DNA of 60,421 bases. It comes from Gemmatimonadota bacterium. Its GTDB lineage: Bacteria; Gemmatimonadota; Gemmatimonadetes; Gemmatimonadales; GWC2-71-9. Position 1 is the stretch's first letter. Each line of letters starts with the position of its first letter. This document shows, piece after piece, positions 58,365 to 60,421 of this stretch. A program made the position numbers and the translations under genes. The notes below the pieces were generated by a model. That model did not search any database and was not told the origin of the DNA. It was given only the letters and a program-made list of their open reading frames with translations. The stretch covers positions 1 through 60,421 of the forward strand of contig QKDC01000028.1 in the NCBI GenBank assembly GCA_003246755.1, written 5' to 3'.

Positions 58365-60326
58365 GTGGATCGCATGGGGAAACTCGAGGTGCGAGCTGAA
58401 GGACACGACGAGGAAGGCCGTCGAGGCTTCGCACGGGCCCTGCTCGACGATCTGACCACCCTCGAGCGGATGATGGCTTCTGGGATGATCGAGAACGGGG
58501 TTCGACGGATCGGGGCCGAACAGGAGATGTTCCTTGTCGATCACTCCGGGCGCCCTGCCCCGGTGAGCCTCAAAGTCCTCGAACGTCTCGGGGACGACCG
58601 GTTTATCCCGGAGATCGGCCTCTTCAACATCGAGTTCACTGTCGCTCCTCGTCTGATCGGGGCTGACTTCCTCCAGTGGCTCCATACCTCACTGACCGAA
58701 GGGGTGGAGCGCGTTCGGGAGGCGGCACGAGGGCTCGGTGCGGACGTGGTGCTGGTGGGCATCCTACCTTCGATTGAACTCGCGGATCTGTCCCTGGGCA
58801 ATCTCACGCCGCGGGCCCGCTACCAAGAACTCAATCGGGTGATGTCAGCGATGGCGGGCGGTGAGCTGCGAACGCTGATCAACGGCACCGATCAACTACA
58901 GATCACGCACGACAACATGATGCTCGAGGCAGCCAATACCAGCCTCCAGCTTCATCTCCAAGTTGGCCCCGAGGAAGCACCGAATCTCTACAACCTCGCT
59001 CAGGTGATCACCGGTCCGATGGTCGCGGTTGCGGCCAATGCCCCGCTTTTTCTCCACCATCGACTCTGGCATGAAACCCGGATCGCGTTGTTCGAGCAGT
59101 CCTTGGATATTCGCTCTGCACCCGGTCGGATCCGGGATACCTGGCAGCGCGTCACGTTCGGCAGAGATTGGATCCACGCGTCCGTCCTCGAGATCTATCG
59201 GGAACAAGTCGCTCGCCATCGGATTCTGCTTCATGTTGACGTCGATACCCCCTCGAGCGTCATCCTCGCGGCCGGCGGGATCCCAACACTCCCCGCCCTG
59301 GCGGCACACAATGGGACCATTTATCGCTGGAACCGGCTCTGCTATGGCATCTCGGACGGACGACCACACCTGCGAATCGAGCATCGCGCGCTTCCTGCGG
59401 GCCCGACGGTATTGGACGAGGTGTCGAATGCGGCATTCTTCTACGGTCTCATGGCGGGTTTGAGCGATACCTACGATGATGTTCGGCAAGCGTTCCGCTT
59501 CGACGACATCAAGACCAATTTCCTCACCGCTGCCCGGTACGGCCTCGATGCCAGTATGCGTTGGGCCGACAGCGACGTGGTCCCGGTTCGGGAGCTCGTG
59601 CTCGAGACGCTGCTGCCCATCGCGCGAAGGGGGCTTACACGGGTCGGGACCACCGAACACGACATTAGCCGCTACCTCGGCATCATCGAACAGCGGGTCC
59701 GGACCGGACAAAACGGGGCGCGGTGGCAACTCGACGTCTGGGATCGGCTCGATAACTCGCGTACCAGGACGATCCGTTCGCAGCGCGTCTCACGGGCCAT
59801 TCTTCGCGCTCAACAAGATGAGGATCCTGTGCACACTTGGGGACTGCCGGACCGGGAGATGGACACGAGGTGGCAGGACTTGTATCGCACGGTGGGACAG
59901 GTGATGACCACAGATGTATTCACGGTCAGTCCCGACGACCTGGTGGACGTCGCCGCCTCCCTGATGCAATGGAAACACATCAGGCATGTCCCCGTCGAGG
60001 ACGCCGCCGGCAATCTTGTCGGGCTCGTATCCTACCGCGCGTTGCTGCGATTGGTGGCCGAAGGGCGCCATGAGACAGGATCGAGTGTGGCCGTCAGGGA
60101 ACTGATGCACGCCCAGCCGGTGACGACGACTCCCCAAACGACCTGTCTCGAAGCGGTCGACCTCATGCGGCGGCATGGTGTTGGGTGTCTCCCAGTGGTC
60201 CTCGACAATCGGTTGGTCGGGATTGTCAGCGAGAGGGACTTCCTCGGTGTGGCGGCGCGACTCTTCGAAGACGAAGTTCGCGCCGCCGGCACGGACGGGA
60301 CTAGTTCAGAGGAGACTTCCCAGTGA
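58365..60326 (+). CDS. Glutamate-cysteine ligase family 2 protein with a C-terminal CBS pair
   Basis: IGAEQEMFLVD, GILP, SLQLHLQV, HNGTIYRWNR, HLRIEHR; two CBS repeats (IRHVPV, VGCLPV). Confidence 0.88.
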   Translation: MDRMGKLEVRAEGHDEEGRRGFARALLDDLTTLERMMASGMIENGVRRIGAEQEMFLVDHSGRPAPVSLKVLERLGDDRFIPEIGLFNIEFTVAPRLIGADFLQWLHTSLTEGVERVREAARGLGADVVLVGILPSIELADLSLGNLTPRARYQELNRVMSAMAGGELRTLINGTDQLQITHDNMMLEAANTSLQLHLQVGPEEAPNLYNLAQVITGPMVAVAANAPLFLHHRLWHETRIALFEQSLDIRSAPGRIRDTWQRVTFGRDWIHASVLEIYREQVARHRILLHVDVDTPSSVILAAGGIPTLPALAAHNGTIYRWNRLCYGISDGRPHLRIEHRALPAGPTVLDEVSNAAFFYGLMAGLSDTYDDVRQAFRFDDIKTNFLTAARYGLDASMRWADSDVVPVRELVLETLLPIARRGLTRVGTTEHDISRYLGIIEQRVRTGQNGARWQLDVWDRLDNSRTRTIRSQRVSRAILRAQQDEDPVHTWGLPDREMDTRWQDLYRTVGQVMTTDVFTVSPDDLVDVAASLMQWKHIRHVPVEDAAGNLVGLVSYRALLRLVAEGRHETGSSVAVRELMHAQPVTTTPQTTCLEAVDLMRRHGVGCLPVVLDNRLVGIVSERDFLGVAARLFEDEVRAAGTDGTSSEETSQ

Positions 60327-60421
60327 GGATTCTCTCGAACAGATCGATGGCGCGTGGATCCTCTGACTGTCCAAGCCAGAACATGGCCTGCTTCCGAATC
60401 ACCGGGTCGCGATCCGCAGTT
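60301..60421 (-). CDS. 3' end of a HEAT-repeat protein (partial, not in the ORF track)
   Basis: The minus strand reads ...TADRDPVIRKQAMFWLGQSEDPRAIDLFERILTGKSPLN* with TAG at 60303-60301. Confidence 0.75.
   Translation of the reverse strand, partial: TADRDPVIRKQAMFWLGQSEDPRAIDLFERILTGKSPLN

Overview
A gene-dense, GC-rich bacterial chromosomal window with about 55 CDSs and no rRNA, tRNA, CRISPR array or mobile element that I can see. The style of the HU, Csp and HEAT-repeat proteins suggests Gemmatimonadota, which is inference only. Recognisable genes include tyrosine phenol-lyase, msrA, TPP-riboswitch-controlled thiC, a TauE plus CstB-like persulfide dioxygenase pair, csp, a fatty acid desaturase, a divergent EF-G paralog, nitrilase, an S9 peptidase, a K+ channel/permease/small-membrane-protein cluster, ada, lspA, ctpA, an FNR, HU, a GMC oxidoreductase and a GCS2-CBS protein. 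Four signals stand out. (1) The ORF track truncates a probable selenoprotein at 72 aa: it is a 176-aa AhpD-like peroxidase-related protein (21182..21712) with an in-frame UGA in a CxxU motif and a SECIS-like hairpin, starting on the base after the EF-G paralog's stop codon. (2) A 14-kb, eight-gene, translationally coupled MoxR-vWA operon (26428..40566) carries a TPR-zincin metallopeptidase and a caspase-like protein whose catalytic Cys appears replaced by Ser. (3) A membrane-protein gene probably starts at ACG (916). (4) The csp gene has a structured leader containing a terminator-like element. All product calls come from motif recognition; no database search was run.
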